Source of the DNA: Centroscyllium fabricii
Taxonomy: Eukaryota
Reading direction: 5' to 3'
Assembly (NCBI GenBank): GCA_051313645.2
Contig: JBNRSN020000022.1
Span: forward strand, 43,710,001 to 43,774,000
DNA: 64,000 nucleotides
Positions 38,370 through 50,615 of this stretch are shown in pieces (position 1 is the stretch's first letter; every line of letters begins with the position of its first letter). Below the pieces are notes generated by a model that was not told the origin of the DNA, did not search any database, and saw only the letters and a program-made list of their open reading frames with translations. The translations under genes were made by a program, and so were the position numbers.

Positions 38370-39565
38370 TCTCTGCTGATGGAATTTGTGGCAGATGAAA
38401 TTTAATGCAGAAAAGTGCGAAGTGATACATTTTGGTTGGTAGGAAGAACTAGGAGAGGCAATATAAACTAAAGGGCTGAACAGACAGAACTGGGGGTATA
38501 TGTGCTCAAATGGTTGAAGGTGGCAGGGTAGGTTGAGAAAGCAGTTAAAAAAGCAGAAGGGATTCTGGGCTTCATAAAAAGAGGCATAGAGTACATAGAA
38601 ACATGGAAGATAGTAGCAGGAGTAGGCCATTTGGCCCCTCGAGCCTGCTCTGCCATTCAACGAGATCATGGCTGATTTTTTTTATTCATTGATGGGATGT
38701 GGGCGTCGCTGGCTGGCTAAGCCTGCATTTAGTGCCCATCCCTAATTGCCCTTGAGAAGATGGTGGTGAGCCGCCTTCTTGAACCGCTGCAGTCCATATG
38801 GTGTAGGTACACCCACAATGTTGTTAGGAAGGGAGTTCCACGATTTTGGCCCAGCGACAGTGAAGGAGCGGCGATACAGGTCCAAGTCAGGATGGTGTGT
38901 GGCTTGGAGGGGAACTTGTGGGTGGTGCTGTTCCCATGCATCTGCTGCCCTTGTCCTTCTAAGTGGATCAAAAGCAAGGAAGTTATGATGAACCTTTATA
39001 AAACACTGGTTTGGCCTCAACTGGAGAATTGTGTCCAATTCTGGGCACCACACTTTAGGAAGGATGTGAAGGCCTTAGAGAGGGTGCAGAAAAGATTTAC
39101 AAGAATGGTTCAAGGGATAAGGAACTTCAGTTACGTGGATAGACTGGAGAAGCTGGGGTTGTTCTCCTTAGAGCAGAGAAGGTTGAGAGGAGATTTGACA
39201 GAGGTGTTCAAAATCATGAGGGGTCCAGACAGAGTAGATAGAGAGAAACTGTTCCCATTGGCAGATGGGTCAAGAACCAGAGGACACAGATTTAAAGGTG
39301 ATTGGCAGAAGAGCCAAAGGCAACATGAGGAAATACCTTGTTTACGCAGCGAGTGGTTAGGATCTGGAATGCACTGCCTGAAAGGGTGGTGGAGGTAGAT
39401 TCAATCGTGGCTCTTAGAAGGGAATCGGATGAATACCTAAAGGAAAAAAAATTGTAGGGCGTGGGAGTGGGACTAGCTGAAGTGCTCTTGCAGAAAGCTG
39501 GCACGGGCTCGACGGGCCAAATGGCCGCCTTCTGTCCTGTAACCATTCTATTCTATGATTCTAAT
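38370..39565 (+). mobile_element. CR1 3' fragment interrupted by an antisense tail (38593-38675) and a different LINE 3' end (38676-38962, minus)
   Basis: NLYKTLVWPQLENCVQFWAPHFRKD; the insert encodes ...SWNSLPNNIVG...FKKAAHHHLLKGN* with an A-rich tail. Confidence 0.85.
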
Positions 39566-39932
39566 TATCAACCTGGAACGGCAAATTCCACTTTATTCTC
39601 TGAACTTTGAAAACATCAATATATGGTACTGCATGTTACTAACCTCGTAATTAAAGAATGGTCTGGCAACCTCAGAAAAGGAAAGATAAGAACTTTCTTA
39701 TTTTAGCAAGCTGAATAGTGGATAACTGGATGATTGAAGGTTGAGTCAGCGTCAACCATTTCAATAGGAACATTGTAGCAAAAAAAAATTAAGCTACATG
39801 TGCACCAGGCATGATGTGGTCATGCTGGACATGCCATAAAAGGGCATATTCACAAGAAACTTCTACACAACAATCAGCGTATTGTAATGGGAATTTGGAT
39901 TCAACCCGGGAAGAATTGCAACAAGAGATATT

Positions 39933-40705
39933 GGGCCAGTATTTCCGATCGCGCATATTGATTTGGAGCTCGGGTGTAAGTGCACCCGAGCTCCAAATCG
40001 CATGAAGCAGCCGTTTGCAGCTGCTCCATGCACTTCCGAAGGCGGGCAGCTAGGGGGGGGGGGGGGGTTGAGCTGCTGCGATGATTATCGCACAAGCCTG
40101 CGCACCATGAGGTGCGCAGTAAACTTCCGTTTTTGTTTGAGAGATTTTCATGGGGTAAGTATGGAAGATTCTACGCTTGAAAATACCAGACGTAAGCACC
40201 CGTTCTTAGCAGGTAAGTCTTTATTTTATTGATTTTAAGTATTGTTCTTACAGGTTTATAATTTTTGTAAACTTTAGAGACAGGTAAGTATTCTTTTAGG
40301 CCTGTTAAAGAGTGTAATAATTTTTTCTAAATTTTTATTTTTTCTTTAAAATAGGTAATTTATGTTAGTTGGAGTACTGTTAAAAAATGTGGTGTTTTTA
40401 AAATGTTATTTTTGAGTTTAGATGTGTTTTGGAAGATCTCTCTTTTCAAAAGTTACACAGATTTCTCCGTGTAAGTTTTGAATGGAGGATTGCTTCCATT
40501 GATTGGCTTCCTGCCGATCACGTGATCTCGCGGGAGATCTCGCACTAATTACGCCCTTCTGTTGCACAAGCAGCTCGCACAGAGCTTTCACAAGCTGTAC
40601 AACTCGGGCGTTCACAGTGCTAAAATTCAAAACGCCAGAAGTGCTGGGTAAGTGCAAATAGGAGCACTGCACTCACACGAAGGCTCCAGGGCTAATTTCT
40701 GGCTC
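39933..40705. mobile_element. Harbinger-like non-autonomous transposon, family copy 3 (diverged)
   Basis: GGGCCAGTATTT ... AATTTCTGGCTC; interior alignable to 35416-36149. Confidence 0.7.
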
Positions 40706-41169
40706 ATTGTTTCCCTGACTAAGCTTGCCTGGTTGCAAGTACTTCACTTTGTTTAAGGTATCATACTTTGAATAAATGGAACTTTGCTTGTGAACATATT
40801 GGCTTAAGTCGACTAGTTAACAATGGCAATTTGTTTAGAAATACACAGTGCTATGCTCTGTCAGACATTTTTTGAAAATATCCACGGTGATTGGAGATAA
40901 TGCTCTGAAATAGTCAAGAGCATAGTAACATAGATAATAAGATCGCCAGTGGAACGACTATACCCAAAGCCATACTGGCAATCTAAGTTAAGCCACAACT
41001 TTCAAAATGATGAATAATTTGAGAGTTCCCATCTTCCATAACTTTAGGAAATATTGATGTAAATCCAACAGGACAGTAATTGGAAGTGTAAGAGGATCAT
41101 CTTTTTAAGGAATAGGGTTCTCACAAACAAACTTGCAAAGAGAAGGAAAGGTGAACTGGGAGTGAGAGA

Positions 41170-41980
41170 GTACTGAGCAGGATGTGCCAGGGCTGTGTTG
41201 GGACCATTACTATTTTTAATTTACATTGTTGACTTGGACTCAGAAATTGGTAAAATTTGTAAATGACACCAAATAGGAGGGGTAATGATATCAATGAAAT
41301 AAGTTTTAAAAAAGAGTAGGTAGAACAGTGCAAATTAAATGTAACGAAAACAAATGTAAAGAACTACGCATAGGAAGGAAAATAGCAACTCATGAATAGT
41401 GCTGAAATAACTATGGATAATCAGCAAAGCTAATAGAATCTGAGCTACATAGTTATAATAGAATACAAGTCAGAGGAAGTTATGCTCAAACTGTACAGCG
41501 CTCTGTCAGATCACATCTTGAAGTGTCCAGCTCTGATCACTGAGAAAAAAGGGAATCATTCAAGAAATAGAGGCAGTGTAGAGAAGAGATAATCCCTCGT
41601 GTGAGGTTTGAGCTAGGAGGAAATACTGGAGAGACTTGGGCTTTTCAGCCTGGAAAATAGTCACCGGAGAGGTGACTTTAGAGGTGTATAAGATAGTTAA
41701 AGGAATGGAAAGTTAAACCAAAATACTACAAATTAAATTGAAAGTAGGGCAAGCGGACATAGGTTCAAACTAGCAATAAGTAAATCTAGCAATAAATAAA
41801 TCGAGGACTAATATTAAAGGCATTCTTCACACAAAGCGTGATCAACATTTTGAACAGACGCTAAATAAAGTGGCGGAAGCAAAAGTCCTGGAATCAATTA
41901 GATGTTGTAATGGGGGAAACTGTAATGTCTTTCTGAATTAATTCATTAATTAAGATGGGCTGAATGGCCATCCTCACTCT
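41170..41980 (+). mobile_element. Old CR1 3' remnant
   Basis: Degenerate EVMLKLYSAL, LGLFSLE and 3'UTR ATGGGCTGAATGGCC. Confidence 0.55.
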
Positions 41981-41993
41981 TAAATACGTGATA

Positions 41994-42513
41994 CAGGTTG
42001 AGCACCGGTAATCCGTTACCCGAAACGCCGGCAACTTCAGTGGTTCGGTATAAAATCGCCCCGACTGCCTTGCGCATGCGCAAAATGGCAGCCACGATCG
42101 ATGCTTCGGCGAATGATCTGCGCCGCCGAATGCCGAGCGCAGATCATTCAAAACAGCTGCCGGATGTTTTGAATGATCTGCGCATGCGCCACCGGACAGC
42201 GAGCGCATGTGCAGATCATTCAAAGCGGCCGCCAGACGAGCCAGGCCTTCCGTGGCGTCAGGGCGCGGCGGCTCGCGCCGCGTTTTGAATGTGCGAGTCC
42301 CAAGCGCCCGCCATGGTGAAGCGCGCGGTTCCCCGGAGCACCCTGCAGGCCGTCATCAGGAGGCACAAACCGCAACTGAGACTCAGCAAGGACGTTCGGC
42401 GGCCATTTCCAATGCTGTGCGCATGCGCACTGACCAACTTCATTCTACCGGTTTTTTCAGTTTCCTGGCACGGGCCTGGTCCCGCCCGTGCCGGATTACC
42501 GGTGCTCAACCTG
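41994..42513. mobile_element. Tigger-like MITE
   Basis: TA-CAGGTTGAGCACCGGTAATCCG ... CGGATTACCGGTGCTCAACCTG-TA (perfect 22-bp TIR). Confidence 0.9.
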
Positions 42514-42679
42514 TACTGTGAACAGTGGCCAGAGCGTCAACAACATCCCACACTGCTTTATATCTAACTTTAAAAATAAAGTTATTTACCTGAAAACTGT
42601 CCAAATTACTGTACTGTTTTATTTTTCTTATAGATGTGCTCTTAAGTCTATTTTAAAATCAGGCCTGCCAATCTCAAGG

Positions 42680-43830
42680 AATATATGAACAGGAGTAGGC
42701 CAGTTTGCCCCTCGGGTCTGTTCTGCCATTTAATTAGATCATGGCTGATTCATACCTCAAATCCATTTACCCACCTTTGATCCATATCCCTTGATACCCT
42801 TATCTAACAAAAATCGTCGAACTCAGTCTTTAAGGTTTAAATTGATCCAGCATCCATAGACTTTTGGGGGAGAAATTTCCACATTTCCACGACCGTGTGT
42901 GTGAAAAGGTGCTTCCTGATGTCACGCCTCAATGGACTATTTCTAATTTTGATTGTGCCCCCTTGTTCTGGATTCCCCCACCAGAGGAAATAGCTGCTTT
43001 GTATTCACTCTAGCAGATCCTTTCATAACTTTTAACGCCTCGATCAGATCACCCCTCAACCTTCTAAAATAAAAGGAATACAACACAAGTTTATAGAAAC
43101 ATAGAAGATAGGAGCAGGAGTAGGCCATTCGGCCCTTCGAGCCTGCTCCGCCATTCAATGAGATCATGGCTGATCATCCAAACCCGTCACCCTATCCCTG
43201 CCTTGTCCCGATATCCCTCGATCCCTATCGAGCCTACACCGACACATATCCCACCCCATCCCCGTAACCCCACATATTCAATCCCCCCTAACACTAAGGG
43301 TCAATTTATCCTGGCCAATCAACCTAACCCGCACATCTTTGGACTGTGGGAGGAAACCGGAGCACCCGGAGGAAACCCACGCAAACACGGGGAGAATGTG
43401 CAAACGCCACACAGATAGTACCCGAGGCCAGATTTGAACCCGGGTCTCTATAGTGCTGTAAGGCAACAGTGCTAACCACGGGGGAACGGCCATGCAGCCT
43501 GTCCTCATAATGTAACCCTTTAAGCATTGAAATTATTTTGGTAAATCTGTGCTGCATCCCCTTGAAGGCCAATATATCCTTCCTGAGATGCAGTGTCCAG
43601 AACTGAATACTCCAGATGGGGACTGACCAAGACTCTGTACAACATGAGCATAATTTCCTCCCCTTTGTATTCCAACTCTTGAGATAAAGACCAACATTAA
43701 ATTAGCATTTTTGATAACTTTTTATACCTGTGCACTAGCTTTTAGTTGATTTGCGTACCTGGACATCCAAATCAATTTGCTCCTTCACAGCTTCTCAGCA
43801 CTAACCTTACCTCTAATTCCATGCAATCTT
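42680..43830 (-). mobile_element. CR1 3' fragment with HE1 SINE insertion (43093-43479, minus)
   Basis: RRLRGDLIEALKVMKG...GESRTRGH; SINE with B box and V-domain. Confidence 0.85.
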
Positions 43831-43849
43831 ATTTTTGCTAATAATCTTT

Positions 43850-45550
43850 AAAAATGGATAGACCGAATAATTGCAGGTCAGTCAGCTTAACCTCGGTGGT
43901 GGGAAAATTGTTGGAAAAAATTCTGAGGGACAGTATTAATCATTATTTAGAAAGGCACGGATTAATCAAGGACAGTCAGCATGGATTTGTTAAGGGAAGG
44001 TCGTGTCTGACTAACTTGATTAAATTTTTTGAGGAGGTAACAAGGAAGGTTGATGAGGGTAGAGCGTTTGATGTCGTCTACTTGGATTTTAGCAAGGCTT
44101 TTGACAAGGTCCCACATGGCAGAATGGTCAGAAAAGTAAGAGCCCATGGGATCCAAGGGAAAGTGGCAAGTTGGATCCAAAATTGGCTCAGTGACGGGAA
44201 GCAAGGGTCATGGTCGACGGATGTTTGTGTGACTGGAAAGCTGTTTCAAATGGGGTTCCGCAGGGCTCAGTAAGAGGTCCCTTGCTTTTTGTGGTATACA
44301 TCAATGATATAGACTTCAATGTAGGGGCCACGATTAAAAAGTTTGCAGATGATACAAAAATTGGCCATGGTTGATAGTGAGGAAGAAAGCTGTAGACTGC
44401 AGGAAGACATCAATGGACTGGTCAGGTGGGCAGAAAAATGGAAAATGGAATTCAATCTGGAGAAGTGTGAGGTAATGCATTTAGGGAGGGCTAACAAGGC
44501 AAGGGAAAACACAATAAATGGTAGGATACTGAAAGTGCAGAGGAACAGAAGGATCTTGGAGTGCATGTCCACAGATCCCTGAAGGTAACAGGTCAGGTCG
44601 ATAAGGTGGTTAGGAAGGCATACGGGATACTTGCCTTTATTAGCCGAGGCACAGAATACAAGAGCAGGGAGGTTATGCTTGAACTGTATAAAACACTAGT
44701 TAGGCCTCAGCTAGAGTACTGCGTGCAGTTCTGGTCATTACATTACAGGAAAGATGTGATTACACTCGTGAGGGTACAGAGGAGATTTACGAGGATGTTG
44801 CCAGGACTGGAGAATTTTAACTGTGAGGAAAGACTGGATAGGCTGAGGTTATTTTCTTTGGAACAGAGGAGGCTGAGGGGAGACTTGATTGAGGTGTATA
44901 AAATTATGAGGGGCCTCGATTGAATGGATAGGAAGGACCTATTTCCCTTAGCAGAGAGGTCAATAACCAGGGGGCATAGATTTAAAGTAATTGGCAGAAG
45001 GATTAGAGGGGCAATGAGAACTTTTTTCACCCAGGGGGTGGTGGGGGGTCTGTAACTCACTTATTGAAAGGGTGGTAGAGGCAGAAATGCTCATCGCATT
45101 TAAAAAGTACTTGGATATGCACTCGAAATGCCGTAACCTACGATGGACCAAGAACTGGAAAGTGGGATTAGGCTGGATAGCTCTTTTTCAGCTGGCACAG
45201 ACACAATGGGTTGAATGGCCTCCTTCTGTGCCATAAATTTCTCGGATTCTAATCTGTAGTATGGAACCTTATCAAATGTCTTCTGGAAGTCCACATAGAC
45301 AACATCCATAGACACTCCCCTGACCACTTTGTTAGTGACCTCCTCAAAAAATTCAATTAGATTAGTCAGATTTGACCTACCGGTTACAAATCCATACTGA
45401 TTCTCTTTGATCAGCTCATACTTGTTCAAGTGCTCAGTTACTCTGTCCCTGATGATAGATTTGAGTAACTTCCCTCCAACTGACAATAAATGGACAGGTC
45501 TGTAGTTTCCTGGTTTCTTCCTCCCTCCGGTCTTAAATAATGGAGTGACA
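43850..45550 (+). mobile_element. CR1 RT plus 3' end (43850-45240, plus) abutting an antisense CR1 RT piece (45255-45550)
   Basis: SQHGFVKGRSCLTNL, YLDFSKAFDKVPH, KFADD, LEYCVQFWS; antisense PGNYRPV...VDFQKTFDKVP. Confidence 0.9.
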
Positions 45551-46790
45551 GGCAACCACTTGCGAAGCCTGCCTGAAAATTAGTTAGGAAGGGAAAAACA
45601 CAAATCCACCAACATTCCACAATACTGCCATATTGACATCATCACAATTTAACTGGATACCCCTGTTGATCTTCATTTACACTGTCCTGACACTAGACTG
45701 AAATAACCTGAAACAAATTTGTGAGTGGGTAAATGTAATCAAAAGTTTAAACTGCTGGTGATAATGTTAAGATTTCAAGTTTGAATCACTACTTCAATTA
45801 TTTTATGTATCAGAATTTATTTTGCCAATAAATGTATGAATTGTGATTTAAAAAAAATCTCAACCTACAGGTATCAGCACTTTTGACCAAGATTCTTATC
45901 TCCATTCCTAATTATCACAGTAGTTATATGAAAACGTATACATGACAAAACATGCCATAAGATACACCATAGTACAAATCTGCTAACTGCCTAGGTTAGC
46001 AAGGTTTACCCAGAATTACACATAGAAAACAGAACACTAACTTCAAATCCACAGGAAGCTCTTGTTGAAACCATACCAGAATCATGCAGAGATCTTTCAG
46101 CTTAAAAAGTTCAGCTGCATTGGGTTTATGACTTTAGCTATAGAACAGTGCAAACAGTCTTGAATATTTGGCATGGGTCCACCCTGTATTTACATTCTTG
46201 CTGCAGCTATTAACATAATCTCCTAAACCGTAACAAATTTATTCTGTAACATTTGCTTAAATGCTGCCAAATATATAAACCACTAAATGGTTTGAACCGT
46301 TTCCAAAAAAGCCTGGAAAACGAAATTTTTAATCTTTTGCCAAAAACCTACTGCTTTTGAAATTTCCCACAGTATGAAGAGGCGAAAATTACATTATGTT
46401 TCAATATGTTTTTAATTACCTAAGTGGTACAATTTTCCCAACTCTCATTAAAAATAAATGGGTTTTTAACCAGGATAAAACTGACCAATATATAAGCACT
46501 TCTCAGTTAGAGTTACAGCTCATTAAGATTTGTTTTGTTTCAGAGGATAACTGGACAACAGCAGGTTTGGCAAATCAAAAGTGGAATATATTAATTAAAA
46601 CAGCGAAGTTACACAACCAAGACATTGGAACTTAGAAATAAATCTTCAGTTTGTATGTAAACTGGGAAAAACACAGGGAAACATTTTTAAAGAGTGGTGG
46701 TAATTATGTGTGCGTATCTGCTAATTTTCACCAAAACATAATTTTCTCCCATATTAAACACCTGTATGACAAGCATTAAACACAGAATTT

Positions 46791-47804
46791 GGGCAGCATG
46801 GTGGCACAGTGGTTAGCACTGTTGTCTCAGCACTGGAGACCCGGGTTCAAATCCGGCCTCGGGTACTATCTGTGTGGAGTTTGCACATTCTCCCCGTGTC
46901 TGCGTGGGTTTCCTCCGGGTACTCCGGTTTCCTCCCACAGTCCAAAGATGTGCGGGTTAGGTTGATTGGCCATGATAAATTGACCCTTGGTGTTAGGGGG
47001 ATTAAATATGTGGGGTTACGGGGATAGGGTGGGATATAGAAACTAGGAGCAGGAGTAGGCCATTCGGCCCTTCGAGCCTGGTCCGCCATTTTTTAAAATG
47101 AGATCATGGCTGATCATCCAAACCCAGTACATTGACTCTGTGTCTCTCTCCACGGATGTTGCCATGCCTACTGAGATTTTCCAGTGTTTTCTGTTGTTAT
47201 TTTAGTTCTGTACCAATCTTTTCTTCAATGCTAACTGTGACACCGTTTAATTTGCTGGGAACATCCATTCCTAAACATTGACAGGCCAAATTGGGGGGCG
47301 GACTGTGGATCTAATTACAGGAAACTCTCGTTTAAACGGCACCTAAACTAGAACGAAAGACTGTCGGGCCTCCGCCCTGACCGCCTGAGGTCCTCCACCA
47401 GATACCAGAGTTTCCTGTACCGGGATGCATCGGCTCAATTTGCCTGGGGAAAATCTCTTAAGGCATGACCTTCCCTGTTAAGACATTTTGTTAAGACGTC
47501 CTAACTTTGAAGGGCACCTCACTTGTTTTTCCCCTCCCTCCCTGACTCCCGTGCAGTGTTAACTTTTAGCACACTCCAGAACCCAGTTTGTTGACACCCA
47601 AAGACAACCCAGAACGAGGAAAAGACATACCAACACTCCCCACTCGACCCAGGAGACAACCTGTGTGTCGGTGCAGGCTCGATAGGGATATGGGGAGAGG
47701 GCAGGGGCGGGGTGCTGGGTTTGGATGATCAGCCATGATCTCATTGAATGGCGGAGCAGGCTCGAAGGGCCGAATGGCCTACTCCTGCTTCTAGTTTCTA
47801 TGTT
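46791..47804 (+). mobile_element. HE1-like SINE split at 47036/47662 by a ~625-bp composite insert
   Basis: Head and body end GGGTGGGATAT and resume GTGTCGGTGCAGGCTCGAT, sequences contiguous in other copies. Confidence 0.7.
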
Positions 47805-47919
47805 TAATTATATGGAAAAGATATCAACTTTCACCTCAGCAACTCAGAACAAATATTATTTATCACAAGATTCTGCAAATCAAATCATTTGTGCTGATTT
47901 ATTGTGCACTCATTTATTG

Positions 47920-48460
47920 CACTAGAGTAGTGTGTCCAATTCCAGGCACCACACTTTAGGAAGGATGTGATGGCTTTGGAGAGGGTATAGAAGGTTTACT
48001 AGAATGGTTCCAGGGATGATGGATTAGTTACGTGGACAGACTGGAGAAGCTGGGGTTGTTTTCTCCTTAGAGCAGAGAAAGTCAATCGGAGATTTTATAA
48101 AGGTGTTTAAAATCATGAAGGTTTTGGAGTAAATAAAGAGAAATCGTTTCCAATGTCTGAAGGGTTGATAACCAGAGGGCACCGATTTAAGGTGATTGGC
48201 AAAAGAACCAGAGGCGACATGAGGAAAAACCGTTTTACGCAACGAGTGGTCAGGATTTGGAGTGCGCTGCCTGATAGGGTGGTGGAGGCAGATTCAATAG
48301 TAGCCTTCAAAAGGAAATACTTGAAAGGGAAAAACATTGCAGGGATATGAGAAAAAAGCAGGGGAGTGGTATGAACTAGATTGTTCTTCAAAAGAGCGGG
48401 CACTGGCTCGATGGGCCGAATGGCCTCCTTCTGTGCTGTACATCCTATTCTGTGATTATT
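47920..48460 (+). mobile_element. CR1 3' fragment
   Basis: EGLITRGHRFKVIG...FTQRVVRIWSALP and 3'UTR. Confidence 0.85.
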
Positions 48461-48856
48461 ACTTGCACCGAATATCATTCACACAAAGGGGGAAGAAAGC
48501 ATTTGCCATCCAGCATATTAACTAATGGCATCTAGGGATTACATACTGGATGTATTTATTGCACAGGCTTAACATACACTGAATCTGGGGACATACGTCA
48601 ATTACCAACGCCTCCTTCCTCGTCTCCCTTCCCCCCGCTCTCAACGTTTAAAGAACCACAAAATATTTATACGCTTACATTCAAAATTAAACCAATTATT
48701 TTATCAATGCAAAATACTATTTTTAATAAAAGTGATGACATGCATTGCATTCGCTTTGTAAATACACACGTACAATTAATACTTTAATCAGCATGATGCA
48801 ACCTATGAAAACATAATTTTTAAAATATATGCATATTTTATTAATCTTGTAAACAC

Positions 48857-49615
48857 CTGTTTAAACTGCTCCTCGTACGTCCACTCGGCCTGATCCTGGA
48901 CTTGCTGCATCTGCGGGTGTGGCTGGTAGGGGAGGCCGGTCACAGGGCGCCGCTGGCCGGGCGGGCGATGCGCCTCACTGCAGTGGTGCATCCCCCGCTC
49001 CTCCTTCACTCCGCTGCTCCCTTCCTCGGCCATCTCGTCCTCGAATTCCTCCTCTTCTCCCTCCCCCTCCTCCTCCTCTTCCTCGGCAGCCATGTCTTCC
49101 TCGGACCCGAGCGGCTCTGGATAACGCTGCTCCGCCGCCGCCACCGTCTCCTCTTCCCCCTCCATCTCCTCTCCCCCGGACAGGGCCTCGCTGCTCTCGG
49201 AAAGCCTGGGGCTGTCGCTTCGATCCATGCCCAGTTCCTCGTCTTTTTCGCCGCCGCCGCGCTGGGCCGATGCGTCCGCCCCTGCGGCCGCCGCCGCGGC
49301 TCTCATGGCGGCCAGCGCTGCGGTTTGCTGTGCAGCGATCTGCTGCTGCTGCGGCTGCGGCGGCGCGTTGGCGAGGAGGACCTTGCTGTCGTGGGAAGCC
49401 TCGGCCGCTGGCCTTCGGGGCTCGCGCTGCTCCATTTGAATTTGCTGCTGTTGCCTGGCCTGGAGCTGGAGCCGCGCGCGCGACGGCGGCTGCTGCTGTT
49501 GTTGGCGGTGATGCTGCTGCTGCTCGCGCTGCTCCATCTGCTGCTGCCGGGCCTCGAGCTCAAGCCGCGCACGCTGCTGCCTCTGCAGGTTTTCCATCAC
49601 CGCCTGCAACTTCAT
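48857..49615 (-). CDS. ARID3A: First coding exon of AT-rich interactive domain protein 3A (Bright/DRIL1), 253 codons, phase-0 donor
   Basis: ORF 48803..49615 starts MKLQAVMENLQRQQRARLELEARQQ, contains AALAAMRAAAA and an acidic tract, and ends WTYEEQFKQ, all recognisable ARID3A N-terminal features. Donor CAG|GTGTTT at 48857/48856; the ORF tail VFTRLIK... is intron read-through. Kozak-like GCCATGA. Confidence 0.92.
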
Positions 49616-49892
49616 GGCTTCCTTAGAGCGCTCTCTCTCTCTCTCTAAGTGTCCTTTGCTTTCGCTCAGTCAGGCGGAGTTTGCGGGCGGGGAGTTGCTG
49701 TTGGTAAGGCAGCAATAATCAACGGGCGGGGGGGGGGGGGGGTGACTGACTGACTGAGTCTTTTCTACCAGTCACTACTTAAAGAGTCTCAACAACTGGA
49801 AGCGGGCGGGGGGTTAGAGAGATTCCGCAACTTTTCATATTGATTGGCATTCAGGTGTTCAACTGTCCCCGAGGCGGAAAAAAAGCCGTTAG
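49616..49892 (-). promoter_or_regulatory. Probable 5'UTR part of the coding exon and/or proximal promoter-like GC-rich region
   Basis: Candidate acceptor TGTCTTACAACAG|CT at 49893/49892. Several GGGCGGG boxes, a CCAAT (plus-strand GATTGG ~49842), a G-run, and a (CT)n tract just before the ATG. UTR versus promoter cannot be distinguished from sequence. Confidence 0.45.
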
Positions 49893-50237
49893 CTGTTGTA
49901 AGACAACATTTCACATCCTTGGTAGAGATAAAATGTTAACTGATTTTTTTTAAATGGCTGAGTGGCAGGGAATTTTTTAAGTCTCTTGGGGAAAGGTATA
50001 TAATTATATTCTGCTTCTTCAAATGATTGCCTGTACTGTACCACATAACCCTGAATGCAGTAAACAAGAACACAAATTATACACACCAGAAAAAGAAATA
50101 AAGACAAAAAAACTGCAACTGGTGAAAATATCAAATTAAAACAGAAGTGTAGGGAATACACAGCATGTCTGTCAACATAAACGCCAAGTTAATATTTCAA
50201 GTAGAGATTCTTTATCAGAACAAGGAAAGGAAGACAA

Positions 50238-50615
50238 AACATAGAAAGATAGGAGCAGGCGTAGGCCATTCGGCCCTTCGAGCCTGCTCCACCATTCAAT
50301 GAGATCATGGCTGATCATCCAGTGCCCCTGCCCCTGCCCCTGCCCCTGCCCTCCCCCCATATCCCTCGATCCCTATCGAGCCTGCACCAACACATATCCC
50401 ACCCTATCCCCACATATTTAATCCCCCTAACACTAAGGGTCAATTTATCATGGCCAATCAACCTAACCCGCACAACTTTGGATTGTGGGAGGAAACCCAC
50501 GCAGACACGGGGAGAATGTGCAAACTCCACACAGATAGTACCCGAGGCTGGATTTGAACCTGGGTCTCCAGTGCTGTGAGGCAACAGTGCTAACCACTAT
50601 GCCACCGTGCCGCCC
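50238..50615 (-). mobile_element. Full-length HE1-like SINE
   Basis: Head, B box, V-domain and tail, with a (CCCCTG)n expansion. Confidence 0.9.

Larger units (their letters stand above)
9..48856 (-). other. ARID3A: ARID3A intron (48,848 nt, GT-AG), TE-filled
   Basis: Defined by the donor at 48856 and the acceptor at 9; no other ARID3 coding sequence recognised in between. Confidence 0.75.

Noticed and set aside
46791-47130. Twin-priming inversion of a SINE
   Set aside because: The inverted tail's 3' end lies at the internal junction and the host SINE resumes at 47662, which does not fit twin priming.
48803-48856. C-terminal VFTRLIKYAYILKIMFS of the 270-aa ORF as a real protein end
   Set aside because: It lies after the CAG|GT donor in AT-rich intron.
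48902-49648. 248-aa and 235-aa plus-strand ORFs
   Set aside because: Antisense shadows of the GC-rich, low-complexity ARID3A exon.
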